NCBI GenBank assembly: GCA_903929195.1
Contig: CAIYTT010000014.1
Span: 245 to 64,244 of the forward strand
Source of the DNA: an uncultured Bacteroidota bacterium
Lineage (GTDB): Bacteria > Bacteroidota > Bacteroidia > Chitinophagales > Chitinophagaceae
Direction: 5' to 3'
Length of the DNA: 64,000 nucleotides
Under the pieces are notes generated by a model. The model worked only from the letters and a program-made list of their open reading frames with translations, had not been told where the DNA came from and searched no databases. Positions 8,939 to 19,300 of this stretch are shown here, piece after piece. Made by a program: the position numbers and the translations under genes. The stretch's first letter is position 1. Each line of letters starts with the position of its first letter.

Positions 8939-9838
8939 ATGAATAAAAAAATAGTACTTTTTACAATTATTGCCGGTTTGGCATATATAACATTAAGCAG
9001 TTCTCATTCGGGTGGTGGTGCAGGTAGCGGTTACGATTGCACTGGTGCAGAAACAGGCTTAAGCAATGGTGCAGGTTGTAGTTGCCATGGTTCTTCTGCT
9101 ACAACCGGCATTTCGGTTGCATTAGAATTAGATTCTATGGGCATTGCTACAACACACTATAAAAGAGGTATGACCTATAAGGTTAAAATAACAGGTACAA
9201 ATAATACAACTACAAATTTACCCAAATTTGGTTTCCAAATTGCATCTATTGTGGGTACATCTACACTTGTAACACCTGTAAATGCAGGTACATGGTCCAC
9301 TACTTTACCTACAGGCACGCGCTATACACCGGCAACAGCAACCTATTTTGTAACCAATATGGTAGAACAAAGTATGGCACTTACCGCTACAACCGGTACG
9401 GGTGGAATAGGTACAACTTATATTGATTCTTTTTCTTGGACTGCACCGGCTGCAGGCACCGGTTCTATCTCTTTTTGGGGTGTAGTTAACGCTGTTAATG
9501 GTACAGGTAGTACAGGTGGAGATTCTTGGAATACTACACATATAAACATAGATGAGTGGTCTAGCGTTGGTGTTAAAAATGTAGAAAATAATATAAATGT
9601 AAATGTGTATCCGAATCCGGTAATAAATGTTCTAAATATAAATATGCAAGATGCTATTCCCGGTAATTATTCAGTAGATGTATATGATATGAATGGCAGG
9701 CTAATTGCTACTGATATTATGGAAAATAACAGTGCAAATACCTTGAAGTCTTTAAATACAACAAATTGGATACCTGGTTTATACCAAGTTCTTATAAGTA
9801 AAGACGGTATTTCTAAAGTAATTTCTGTAACCAAATAA
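8939..9838 (+). CDS. secreted protein of unknown function with a T9SS type A CTD (paralog 2)
   Basis: Collinear with the 7904..8824 product: 'CTGAETGLSNGAGCSCHGSS', 'PKFGFQIASI', 'ISFWGVVNAVN'. The CTD reads 'VYPNPVINVLNI...GLYQVLISKDG'. Confidence 0.6.
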   Translation: MNKKIVLFTIIAGLAYITLSSSHSGGGAGSGYDCTGAETGLSNGAGCSCHGSSATTGISVALELDSMGIATTHYKRGMTYKVKITGTNNTTTNLPKFGFQIASIVGTSTLVTPVNAGTWSTTLPTGTRYTPATATYFVTNMVEQSMALTATTGTGGIGTTYIDSFSWTAPAAGTGSISFWGVVNAVNGTGSTGGDSWNTTHINIDEWSSVGVKNVENNINVNVYPNPVINVLNINMQDAIPGNYSVDVYDMNGRLIATDIMENNSANTLKSLNTTNWIPGLYQVLISKDGISKVISVTK

Positions 9839-9938
9839 TTGTCTATCTAAAGTGATAATTTATCGGCTGAATGTAAATACTACTTTAGTACAGTAAATGG
9901 TTTATTATACTTAAAAATTGCCAATCAACAAGGAAAGT

Positions 9939-9993
9939 AGAAATAGAAATGGCTTTGTTTCTTTAAAAAAGATACAAAGCCATTTCTATTTCT
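9939..9993. terminator. bidirectional hairpin terminator
   Basis: 20-bp perfect stem AGAAATAGAAATGGCTTTGT / ACAAAGCCATTTCTATTTCT with a 15-nt loop. It sits between convergent genes that end at 9838 and 10017. Confidence 0.7.
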
Positions 9994-10016
9994 ATGTGTT
10001 TCTATTTTATTAATAA

Positions 10017-11543
10017 TCAATCAATTAAAACGCTCCCTGTCATATCGTTAGGTATTTCAATACCCATATATTTAAGTATGCTTGGTGCAATGTCTGCTAA
10101 CTTACCGGGTTTAAGGTTCCCTGTATAGTCGTTTGAAATTAAATATAAAGGTACCGGATTAAGAGAATGTTGGGTATTAGGTGTTCCATCTTCATTTATC
10201 ATAAAATCTGCATTACCGTGGTCTGCGGTTAAGAACACAGCATAACCATTTGCTAAAGCAACAGGTACAATACGGCTTACACAATTATTTACAGTTTCGG
10301 CAGCTTTAACAACTGCATTCCATACACCGGTATGTCCTACCATATCGGTATTAGCAAAATTTAAACAGATAAAATCTGCCCATTTGCTTTCTAATTCCGG
10401 TATTATTGCATCTGTAATTTCATTTGCACTCATTTCAGGCTGCATATCATAAGTGGGTACAGTTCTTACCGATGGTATAAGAATACGTTTTTCGCCTATG
10501 AACGGTTTTTCTCTGCCACCGGAAAAAAAGAAAGTAACATGTGGATATTTTTCTGTTTCTGCAATGCGTATTTGGTTTTTCCCATTATGTTCCAATACTT
10601 CCCCAATGGTATTGTTTAAATCTTTATTGGTAAATAGGACAGAAATATTTTTAAAGCTTTTATCATATTCCGTCATTGTAACATAATGTAAATTTAAGGG
10701 GTGCATTTCCAATTCAGGAAAAGCTTGTTGGGTAAGAGCTGTTGTTATTTCTCTACATCTGTCGGTACGGAAATTAAAACAAATTACAATATCACCTTCT
10801 TTTATTGTTGCTTTCGGTTTGCCGTCCATATCACAAACCACAATCGGTTTTATAAATTCGTCTGTTATATCGGTCTCGTAGCTATCTTCTATAGCAACAA
10901 TTGGGTCAAGAACCTGCTTGCCAATGCCATGTACAAGGGCATCGTAAGCAACTTTTACTCTTTCCCATCTTGTATCTCTATCCATAGCATAAAAGCGACC
11001 TGTAACAGTTGCCAAAGTTGCATTGGTATGTATTAAATGGTCATTTAATTCTTTAATAAAATCAAGACCACTCTTAGGGTCAGTATCTCTACCATCGGTA
11101 AAGGCATGAACGGCTATAGAAGGTACATTGCTCTTATGTGCCATTGTACATAATGCTTTAATATGTTTAATATGCGAATGCACACCGCCATCGCTTACCA
11201 AACCTAAAAAGTGCAATGTTTTTCCGTTTGCTTTTGATGCATCAAAAGCGGCAATTAATAACGGGTTATGTTCTAATTCCCCATTTTTTACGGCTACATT
11301 AATACGTTCCAGTTCTTGATATACAATTCTGCCGGCACCTAAATTTAAGTGTCCTACTTCCGAATTTCCCATTTGTCCTTCCGGTAAGCCAACGTCCTCG
11401 CCACAAGTTGCTAATTCTGTGTGTGGATATTTTTCGCTCAAAGATTTTATAAAGGGAATAGTTGCATGGGCTATTGCATCGGCATTGGGTACTCTGCCAT
11501 TACCCCAACCATCCATAATAAGAAGCATTGCTTTTTTATTCAT
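10017..11543 (-). CDS. gpmI: 2,3-bisphosphoglycerate-independent phosphoglycerate mutase
   Basis: 'LLIMDGWG', 'GNSEVGHLNLGAGR', 'SDGGVHSH', 'TADHGNAD' are canonical iPGM motifs. A TACTTTTG box at 11548-11555 lies very close, so M6 may be the true start. Confidence 0.9.
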   Translation of the reverse strand: MNKKAMLLIMDGWGNGRVPNADAIAHATIPFIKSLSEKYPHTELATCGEDVGLPEGQMGNSEVGHLNLGAGRIVYQELERINVAVKNGELEHNPLLIAAFDASKANGKTLHFLGLVSDGGVHSHIKHIKALCTMAHKSNVPSIAVHAFTDGRDTDPKSGLDFIKELNDHLIHTNATLATVTGRFYAMDRDTRWERVKVAYDALVHGIGKQVLDPIVAIEDSYETDITDEFIKPIVVCDMDGKPKATIKEGDIVICFNFRTDRCREITTALTQQAFPELEMHPLNLHYVTMTEYDKSFKNISVLFTNKDLNNTIGEVLEHNGKNQIRIAETEKYPHVTFFFSGGREKPFIGEKRILIPSVRTVPTYDMQPEMSANEITDAIIPELESKWADFICLNFANTDMVGHTGVWNAVVKAAETVNNCVSRIVPVALANGYAVFLTADHGNADFMINEDGTPNTQHSLNPVPLYLISNDYTGNLKPGKLADIAPSILKYMGIEIPNDMTGSVLID

Positions 11544-11637
11544 AGTGCAAAAGTAAGAAATAAACGCCTATGTTACAGATAAATGGGAATAGCATCTAAA
11601 TGATTACCACATTTGGTGGTATTCCCCAAAGAGGATT

Positions 11638-14600
11638 TTATAACAATGTTACATTTGCTGCTTTAATGTTGTTGTATTCATCTTCCAATTCCCTGCAAGC
11701 TTGCGAACAAACATCTTCAAGTTGTTGCACCATACCGGATATGCTATTAGCCTGCAACTGAATGTTATTTGCATCTTCCTGAACCCTTTTAGCAATATTC
11801 TCGAAATCTTTACTTATGCCCATTATAGAAAATGAAGGAGTCATTTTATGAACAGCCGTTTGTAGTGCTGTCCAGTTCTTGTCAATTAAACTTTGCTTCA
11901 TTAATTGAATGAGTGGCGGGGTTTGTGTCAAATAGATGGAAATCATTTCCATTATTAATTTGGGGTTCGATTTTGTACGATTATTTAAATATGTTAGATT
12001 CACATATTTTAAACTTTCATTCTGTTGTACTTCATTTTTTGCAGTTTCATAATATTCTATAGGTGTGGGTATTTTTACCAAAGAAACAATTTTGTTGTAT
12101 AGTTCTTTGTCATCAACAGGTTTAGACAGATAATCATTCATACCGAATGCTTTACACTTTGCAAAGTCAACTGTTGTAACATCTGCTGTAAGAGCTATTA
12201 TGGGTATTTTAGAATTCATGATATTACGAATATATTCGGTTGCTTCAAAACCATTCATTATCGGCATTTGCAAATCCATTAAAATAATATCAAATTTGTT
12301 CTTTTTTAATTGCTCAATACCTATTGCACCGTTTTCGGCAAAAACATATTCAAATCCAAAATCGGTTAAAAGCGTTTTAATAAGTAATTGGTTTAAAGCC
12401 ACATCTTCTATCACTAATACTTTTATACCTTTTACTTCCCTGTCAGCTTGTAGGGTGTCTATTTCTACTTCAGGTTCAATATCTGTTTTATCGAAACTTA
12501 AAGTAAAACTAAATGTAGAACCTTTACCTAATTCACTTTTTACACTAATAGTCCCTCCCTGCGGTTCCACCAATTGTTTCACAATAGCAAGCCCCAAGCC
12601 GGTGCCGCCATATAAACGGGATGTTCCGGATGATGCTTGTTGGAAGTCTTCAAAAATGTGTTCTATTTTATCTGCATGTATCCCTATTCCTGTATCTGCA
12701 ACTGTAAATTTAAGAGTTACAATCACATCATCTTCATAAATCAAATCAACACTTACCGTAATTTTCCCTTCTTGTGTAAACTTTACGGCATTACTGACCA
12801 AATTTAAGATGATTTGATGCAAGCGTACAGGGTCGCCCACCAAAACGCGAGGTATTTTTTTGTCATATTCTTTAACAAAAGCTACATTATTTTCCTGTAT
12901 TTTCAGTTCAAATAAATGAAGCATTGCTAAAATAGAGTATTCCATTTTAAAAGCCCTTTTTTCAAAAGTCATTTTACCGGACTGTACTTTAGCAAGGTCA
13001 AGAATATCGTTTACAAGCACTGTTAATGCATCGCTGCTTACTTTTATGGCTTTAAGGTATTCTTTTTGTTTATCATCAAGATTTGTTTTTAGTAGTACTT
13101 TTGTAAAACCAACAATTGCATTCATAGGTGTCCGTATCTCATGGCTCATGTTCGACAGAAACTGCTGTTTGGATTGAACTGCATCTTCGGCTATCTTAGT
13201 TTTTAATTCTGCTTCCTGTTTTGCTTCAATTAATTTCAGGTTAATTGCTTCAATTTCCTTCATCATTTTCTTCTCTACCTCCAGCTCTACTTCCAATACT
13301 TTTTTCTCTTTCAGTTGTAGCTCAATTGCCAACTTCTTAACTCTGGTAATATCCGAAATTGTCAATACAATTAATTCTTCATTTTTAGATTGCAGAAAAA
13401 TACGGTGGGCATTTAGCAGCATCGTTTTATTGCCGATAGAAGGAAAAACTAACTCCACTTCAAAATCTTGAAAATTTCCGTTTTTTGGCAATATATCTTC
13501 AAGCAATTCACGTAAATGGGGAATATTCCATTGGTTGTCTCCTAATTTATAGAGTGAAATGCCAATGCTTTCTTCTTCGCTTACACGAAATTTTTTGCAG
13601 AACGACATATTAGCAGATTTAACCCGCATGTCTTTATCAAGAATCAACATAGGTTCATGCACAGAAGAAAGGATACCGTCGTTATACGCCGACAAATCCT
13701 CGACCTGCTGTATGCGTGCCTGTAACTCTTGATTGGTTGTTATCAACTCTTCGTTGGTAGATTCAATTTCTTCTTTCGATGTTTCCAGTTCTTCATTTAA
13801 ACTCTGCAATTCCTCATTGCTGGATACTACTTCTTCGTTAGCACTCTGCAATTCTTCATTTGCCGCCTCTTGGTCGTGGGTTATAGAACCCATGTCGTAA
13901 CGGGCAGCAGCTAATTCTTCTTCTAATTTCTTTATTCTGCGGTCTTTGGCAATTGAATTGTTTTTTACTCCTAAAGCAGGAGGCTCTGCAAGCTCAATCT
14001 GCTGACCGGTAAAAACAACAACAAGCATCGGTTCTTCGCCCTCTATTTTTAGAGGTGCAACTTCCAAATTAACTATCTGCAAAGTATTTTTAGAAACATC
14101 CCGATTCATCTCAATGCCCATTTTACGAACTGTTTGCTTCGTTTTTATTGCATGGTGAATTGCGTTGCGGAGTTCAAAAGTAATCTCTGTATTTGCCATT
14201 TTCAGGATATTGAAACTGGCTTTACCCGGTGTATTCATTAAATACAAAGCTGTCTGCCCCCTGAATTGCAATATATCCATATCATAATTAATAATAACAC
14301 TTGCGGGTACATATTGTGCCAACAAAACAGAATCGAAAGCATTGCCGAGATTATTTGTGGCGGAATTAATTATTTTTTTTGGCAAGGGGATCATATTGTT
14401 ATTTTTTTCCACTATTACCGTATTCACTATATGCGGCATCAATTCGGGTATCCGTTTTGAGCTTGCATGGTTTTTACGGGTATATATTTTATAAGTTTTA
14501 TTTAAGGGCATAAACAATTGCGACATGGTGCCGATTGTTTCCGATTTGCCCAGCATCAGGCATCCACCTTCGTTTAGGGCATAATGAAATGTGGTAATGG

Positions 14601-15942
14601 CTTTTTTTTGTGCCGGTGTTTCCAAGTAAATAAGAAAATTGCGACATGAGATGAAATCCATCCGTGAAAAAGGAGGGTCGTTCAAAATATTGTGTTGTGC
14701 GAAAATGCACAGGTCTCGCAAGGACTGTGATATACGGTACTTGTTGTCCTTAACTTTGGTGAAAAAACGTTGCAAACGTTTGGGTGATACATTTTTAAGC
14801 TGTAATGCAGAGTATTCTCCGTTTCGTGCTTCCCGTATTGCATCACCGCTCAGGTCGGACGCAAATATCTGGAAAGGGATATTATTTGCCATGCTGTCCT
14901 GCAATTCTATTATAACCATTGCTATAGAATATACTTCTTCGCCTGTGGCACAGGCAGCCACCCATATTCGCAGCGTTTCACCCGGAGCTTTACTTTTTAA
15001 TATTTTAGAAAGCACCGTTTTTTTTAGAAGGATAAAAACATCGGTATCTCTAAAGAAATCAGTAACATTTATCAGCATATCTTCATACAATAAGTCTATT
15101 TCTTCGCTTTTTTGTTGAACAAATTCGGCATATTCTTTTATTGTTTTTATTTTATGAATCAGCATCCGGCGCAATATTCGCCGTTTAATGGTGTTCATTT
15201 TATAATAGCTGAAATCAACATTTTTCCTTTTATGTAGGAGTTGTAAAATGATTTTTAAATCCGGGTCATTGTTATCAATCTCATCTTCAGGTGCCAATTG
15301 TGCAGGAAGATGAGATGAAAAAGCATGTTTGCTTAAATTAGCGAGTTCTTCAGCGATTTCCTTAGGTGATAAAATAAAGTCAACCACGCCCTCTGCAATG
15401 GCAGAATGTGGCATACTGCCAAATTTTGCCGATTCATCTTGGGCAAAAGTGATACCCCCTGCAAGCTTTATTTCCTTTAAACCCCTTGTGCCATCATTAC
15501 CATTGCCTGACAACACGATACCAATCGTGTTTTCGTTATGTGTTGACGCCAATGAGGTAAATAGAACATCTATAGATAAATTTGTATGTTTGTTTTTAGG
15601 GCGTGGAGTCAATTTTATATGTCCGTCCGTTACTTCAATTTCTTTATCGTAAGGTATGATATATAAATTATCAGGCTCCATTTTTTCCATATCTTCCACA
15701 TCAGTAACCTTCATCTCTGTTTTCTTAGATAAAAGGGCGGTAAGCATACTTTTGTGGTCGGGGCTAATGTGTTGCACATAAATATAGGCCATACCGGTAT
15801 TTGCCGGTAGGTTTTGTAAAAGCAGGGTTATTGCCTCTAAACCACCTGCTGATGCACCTATGGCTACTATGGTAAAAGAACCGGTATTTTTTTGTGCTGT
15901 TTTCTTCTTTAAAACTGTACTTGCATTCATACAATGCTTCAA
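11638..15942 (-). CDS. CheB methylesterase - CheR methyltransferase - PAS - coiled coil - PAS - histidine kinase - receiver - Hpt fusion protein
   Basis: CheB: 'IVAIGASAGGLEA...GNGNDGTRGL'. CheR: 'LRIWVAACATGEEVYSIA'. Heptad segment: 'NEELQSANEEVVSSNEELQSLNEELETSKEEIESTNEEL'. HisKA: 'FLSNMSHEIRTPMNAI'. HATPase: 'DTGIGI...GGTGLGLAIV'. REC: 'VLVIEDV...ILMDLQMPIMNG'. Hpt: 'HKMTPSFSIMG'. Confidence 0.85.
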   Translation of the reverse strand: MKHCMNASTVLKKKTAQKNTGSFTIVAIGASAGGLEAITLLLQNLPANTGMAYIYVQHISPDHKSMLTALLSKKTEMKVTDVEDMEKMEPDNLYIIPYDKEIEVTDGHIKLTPRPKNKHTNLSIDVLFTSLASTHNENTIGIVLSGNGNDGTRGLKEIKLAGGITFAQDESAKFGSMPHSAIAEGVVDFILSPKEIAEELANLSKHAFSSHLPAQLAPEDEIDNNDPDLKIILQLLHKRKNVDFSYYKMNTIKRRILRRMLIHKIKTIKEYAEFVQQKSEEIDLLYEDMLINVTDFFRDTDVFILLKKTVLSKILKSKAPGETLRIWVAACATGEEVYSIAMVIIELQDSMANNIPFQIFASDLSGDAIREARNGEYSALQLKNVSPKRLQRFFTKVKDNKYRISQSLRDLCIFAQHNILNDPPFSRMDFISCRNFLIYLETPAQKKAITTFHYALNEGGCLMLGKSETIGTMSQLFMPLNKTYKIYTRKNHASSKRIPELMPHIVNTVIVEKNNNMIPLPKKIINSATNNLGNAFDSVLLAQYVPASVIINYDMDILQFRGQTALYLMNTPGKASFNILKMANTEITFELRNAIHHAIKTKQTVRKMGIEMNRDVSKNTLQIVNLEVAPLKIEGEEPMLVVVFTGQQIELAEPPALGVKNNSIAKDRRIKKLEEELAAARYDMGSITHDQEAANEELQSANEEVVSSNEELQSLNEELETSKEEIESTNEELITTNQELQARIQQVEDLSAYNDGILSSVHEPMLILDKDMRVKSANMSFCKKFRVSEEESIGISLYKLGDNQWNIPHLRELLEDILPKNGNFQDFEVELVFPSIGNKTMLLNAHRIFLQSKNEELIVLTISDITRVKKLAIELQLKEKKVLEVELEVEKKMMKEIEAINLKLIEAKQEAELKTKIAEDAVQSKQQFLSNMSHEIRTPMNAIVGFTKVLLKTNLDDKQKEYLKAIKVSSDALTVLVNDILDLAKVQSGKMTFEKRAFKMEYSILAMLHLFELKIQENNVAFVKEYDKKIPRVLVGDPVRLHQIILNLVSNAVKFTQEGKITVSVDLIYEDDVIVTLKFTVADTGIGIHADKIEHIFEDFQQASSGTSRLYGGTGLGLAIVKQLVEPQGGTISVKSELGKGSTFSFTLSFDKTDIEPEVEIDTLQADREVKGIKVLVIEDVALNQLLIKTLLTDFGFEYVFAENGAIGIEQLKKNKFDIILMDLQMPIMNGFEATEYIRNIMNSKIPIIALTADVTTVDFAKCKAFGMNDYLSKPVDDKELYNKIVSLVKIPTPIEYYETAKNEVQQNESLKYVNLTYLNNRTKSNPKLIMEMISIYLTQTPPLIQLMKQSLIDKNWTALQTAVHKMTPSFSIMGISKDFENIAKRVQEDANNIQLQANSISGMVQQLEDVCSQACRELEDEYNNIKAANVTLL

Positions 15943-16280
15943 GGCTTATTTTAAATGAATCTAACATTTAAACGCACAAATAAGCTAGCTGCTAAAAAAC
16001 CTTTAGTAAAGTTAGGTCAATATATTGGTTTGAAAACAATATTATTTGGTTAATTCGACTCTAAATTTATATTTTAAAAGGAAACTGCTTTTTTGAGGGA
16101 GATGTAAAATTATGATTAGTTCATTAGGAGAGAATCAATGCAAACCCATTCTTTCAAATGTGCTAATTGGCATTTAGAAATAAGTAATAATACCAATTTT
16201 TGAACATTTATTGGGAACTGAACTAAAATAAATAGCTACTCAATTGCCTGTCATCAATGTATTACAGAGGGAAGTCGAAA

Positions 16281-16320
16281 ATTAATAAGTTTTGTTATTA
16301 TTTCAACAAAACTTATTAAT
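16281..16320 (-). terminator. rho-independent terminator of the 1295-aa adhesin gene
   Basis: 16-bp perfect stem ATTAATAAGTTTTGTT / AACAAAACTTATTAAT with an 8-nt loop. TTTT follows on the minus strand, 25 nt after the stop. Confidence 0.7.
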
Positions 16321-16344
16321 AAACCCTGAATTCAAATTAACCCA

Positions 16345-19300
16345 CTATTCTTTAATCAATTTCTCCACTTTTATTAGCTGCTTATCTTCATTGTAAACGG
16401 ATATAATATAGAGACCTTTTGATAAGGAACTAATATTTATTTCATCAGCATCCGTATAGCTAATAACTGTTTTACCATCAATAGCAGTAATTACGGCATT
16501 ATATTTTACAGGGCAGCTAATATGTATTGTATTGGTAGCCGGATTAGGATAAATACTGATTTCCGAACTATTAATAGTATTACTTACAGATAGATTATAT
16601 AATAAATAGGCACTTGAATAAGCTTCGCAACCATTGGTATCAGTTACTTTTACACGGTAACTGCCATTAATACCGGGTACTACACTGTTAGTAGTTGCAC
16701 CCGGTATGCTTATTGCATTATTATACCATTGGTAGCTTACATAATCGTTTTCGGTACTAAATGTATGCCCGTTCCAATAAACCAATGGGTGTAATGGTGG
16801 ATATACAATAACATTCATAACAGGTGTTGTAGTTGTGCAGCTACCCGGAATACTAACAACGCAGGTAAAATTGCCACCCATACTTGTTACATAGGTACTG
16901 TTTGTTGCCCCAATAATAGCTACACCATTAAGTTTCCACTGGAAATTTAAACCGGTTGTAGAACCGCCAACATCCACTTTTAACAATAAAGAATAGCCCG
17001 AACATAATTTGGTATCACCAACAGCAACAATAATAGGAGAGGAAATAATTGTTACGTTTGTGGTTGCAGATGTTGCCGTGCAGCCACTACCGCTAAGCAC
17101 CGAAACATTATAAAGCCCACTTGCTATTGCTATATAAGAATTGGCAATAGCTCCTGTAATAACAGCACCGTTAAAGAACCATTGATAAGTAGTACCTGCA
17201 ACAGCAGGAACACTTAATGTTACAGTGCCACCCGGACAAAGTATGGTAGAACCCGATGCTGAAATTACTGTATTAGGTAAAGGATTAACTACAACAGAAG
17301 TGCTACTTGATGTATTACTGCAACCGAAACTATTCGTTTCCGTAACATTATAATTACCGGTAGTTACTGCACCGTAAGTACCATTTGTAGCACCTGCTAT
17401 TAAGGTAGTACCATTATACCATTGATAAGAACTTGCAGTGCTGGCAGTTAGGTTTACAAAGCCACCGGCACAAAATGTTAATGCACCGGAAGCCGTTACA
17501 GTAATGGTTGGTATCGGATTTACGGTTACCGTGATTCCGGTAGTGGTAGTAGAACTGCAACCTGCTATATTTATTATTCTAACTGTATAAGTACCGGGAA
17601 CAGTTGCCGTATAACTTGGGGCATTTGCACCCGGTATAGCAAAACCGGTATTATACCATTGATAAGTAAAACCTGCACCCGGAGTGCAGCTTAAAACGAC
17701 ACTCGACCCACTGCAAAAGGTTGTTGGTCCGGAGGCGGTGATAACAGATGACGGTATAGGTATTACAGTAACAGGCGTAGAAATAGATGTAGCTGTGCAA
17801 CCGAAGCTATTGCTTACTATAACATTATAATTACCATTTGTTGTGGCGGTGTAAGATATATTGGTAGCACCAATAATTAATGTTACTCCGTTATACCATT
17901 GGTAGGTATAGCCTGCACCGGCACTTGTAGTAAAAGTAACACTATTTCCTGCACAAAAAGTAGTTACTCCCGAGGCTGTAATTGTTGCAGTAGGTAATGG
18001 GTTTACTGTTACTACAGTAGCTAAAGAAGTATCGGTGCAACCACCTGTGCCTGTAATAACTACTACATAATTGCCTGTGGTTGTTGCTGTATATGCAGCA
18101 GATGCAGCACCTGTAATTAGAGTACCACTATTCAACCATACATACGAATAGCCTGCACCTGTTGTTGCATTAAGTACTACACTGCTACCTGTGCAAAATG
18201 TTGTTGCACCAGCCGGAGTTATAATAGCAGTGGGTACTGTATTTACAGTTACAGTAGTAATAGAAGAGGTAGCACTGCAACCAAAGGTATTGGTAACTGT
18301 AACTTTGTAATTTCCTGAAACCAATGCACTGTAAGAATTATTAGTTGCACCTGCAATAGCTGTTACCCCATTATACCACTCATACGAATAACCCAAACCA
18401 CCAATTGTTGTAAGAATCACACTGTCGCCCGAACAAAATGTAAGCGACCCGGAAGCCGTTACAATTGTAGATGGTAACGGATTTACAGTTACACTAATAC
18501 TCGTGGAAGTATCGGTGCAACCACTGGCGCTTGTTACTACAATAGTATAATTTCCGTTTGTAGTGGCAGTATAAGAAGATGAAACAGCACCGCTAATTGC
18601 AGTACCGCTATTAAACCATTGGTAAGTATAACCTGCACCGCTTACCGCATTTAATACTACACTGCTGCCAGCACAAAAAGTGGTAGGACCGGCTGCTGTA
18701 ATACTTGCGGTTGGCAATGCACTAACTGTAACGGTATAGGTAATAGAAGTAGCACTACAACCCGCACCCGATGTAACCGTAACCTTATAATTGCCGGTTG
18801 TTGTAGCTGTATAAGAGATAGTTGTAGCACCTGCTATTGCTGTAACACCACGATACCATTGATAGCTATAGCCTGCCCCGCTTGTAGCAGTAAGCGTAAC
18901 ACTACCGCCTGCACAAAATGTTAACGAACCGGATAAAGAGATGGTAGTTGTAGGTAATGGATTTACAGTAACAATAACGCCTATTGAAGTATCTATGCAA
19001 CCGCTACCATTTGTAATTACTACTTTATACGTGCCGCTTGTTGTTACTGTATGTGCTGCGGTAACTGCACCGGTAATGAGTGTACTGCCATTAAACCATT
19101 GATAGGTATAACCGGCTCCGGTAGTAGCGTTTAATACAACACTGCCTCCTGAACAAAAAGTAGTAGGCCCGGCAGGAGTTATGACTGCCGTAGGTAATGG
19201 ATTAACAGTTACTACGGTGGATGTTGATGTAGCACTGCAACCAAAACCACTTGTTACTAATACTGAATACGTTCCGTTTGCATTTGTAGTATAGGAAATG

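Noticed and set aside
12200-15652. Plus-strand ORFs (179, 159, 107, 64 aa) inside the CheB-CheR-kinase gene
   Set aside because: They lie antisense to a CDS with recognisable motifs along its entire length, and they have no motifs of their own.
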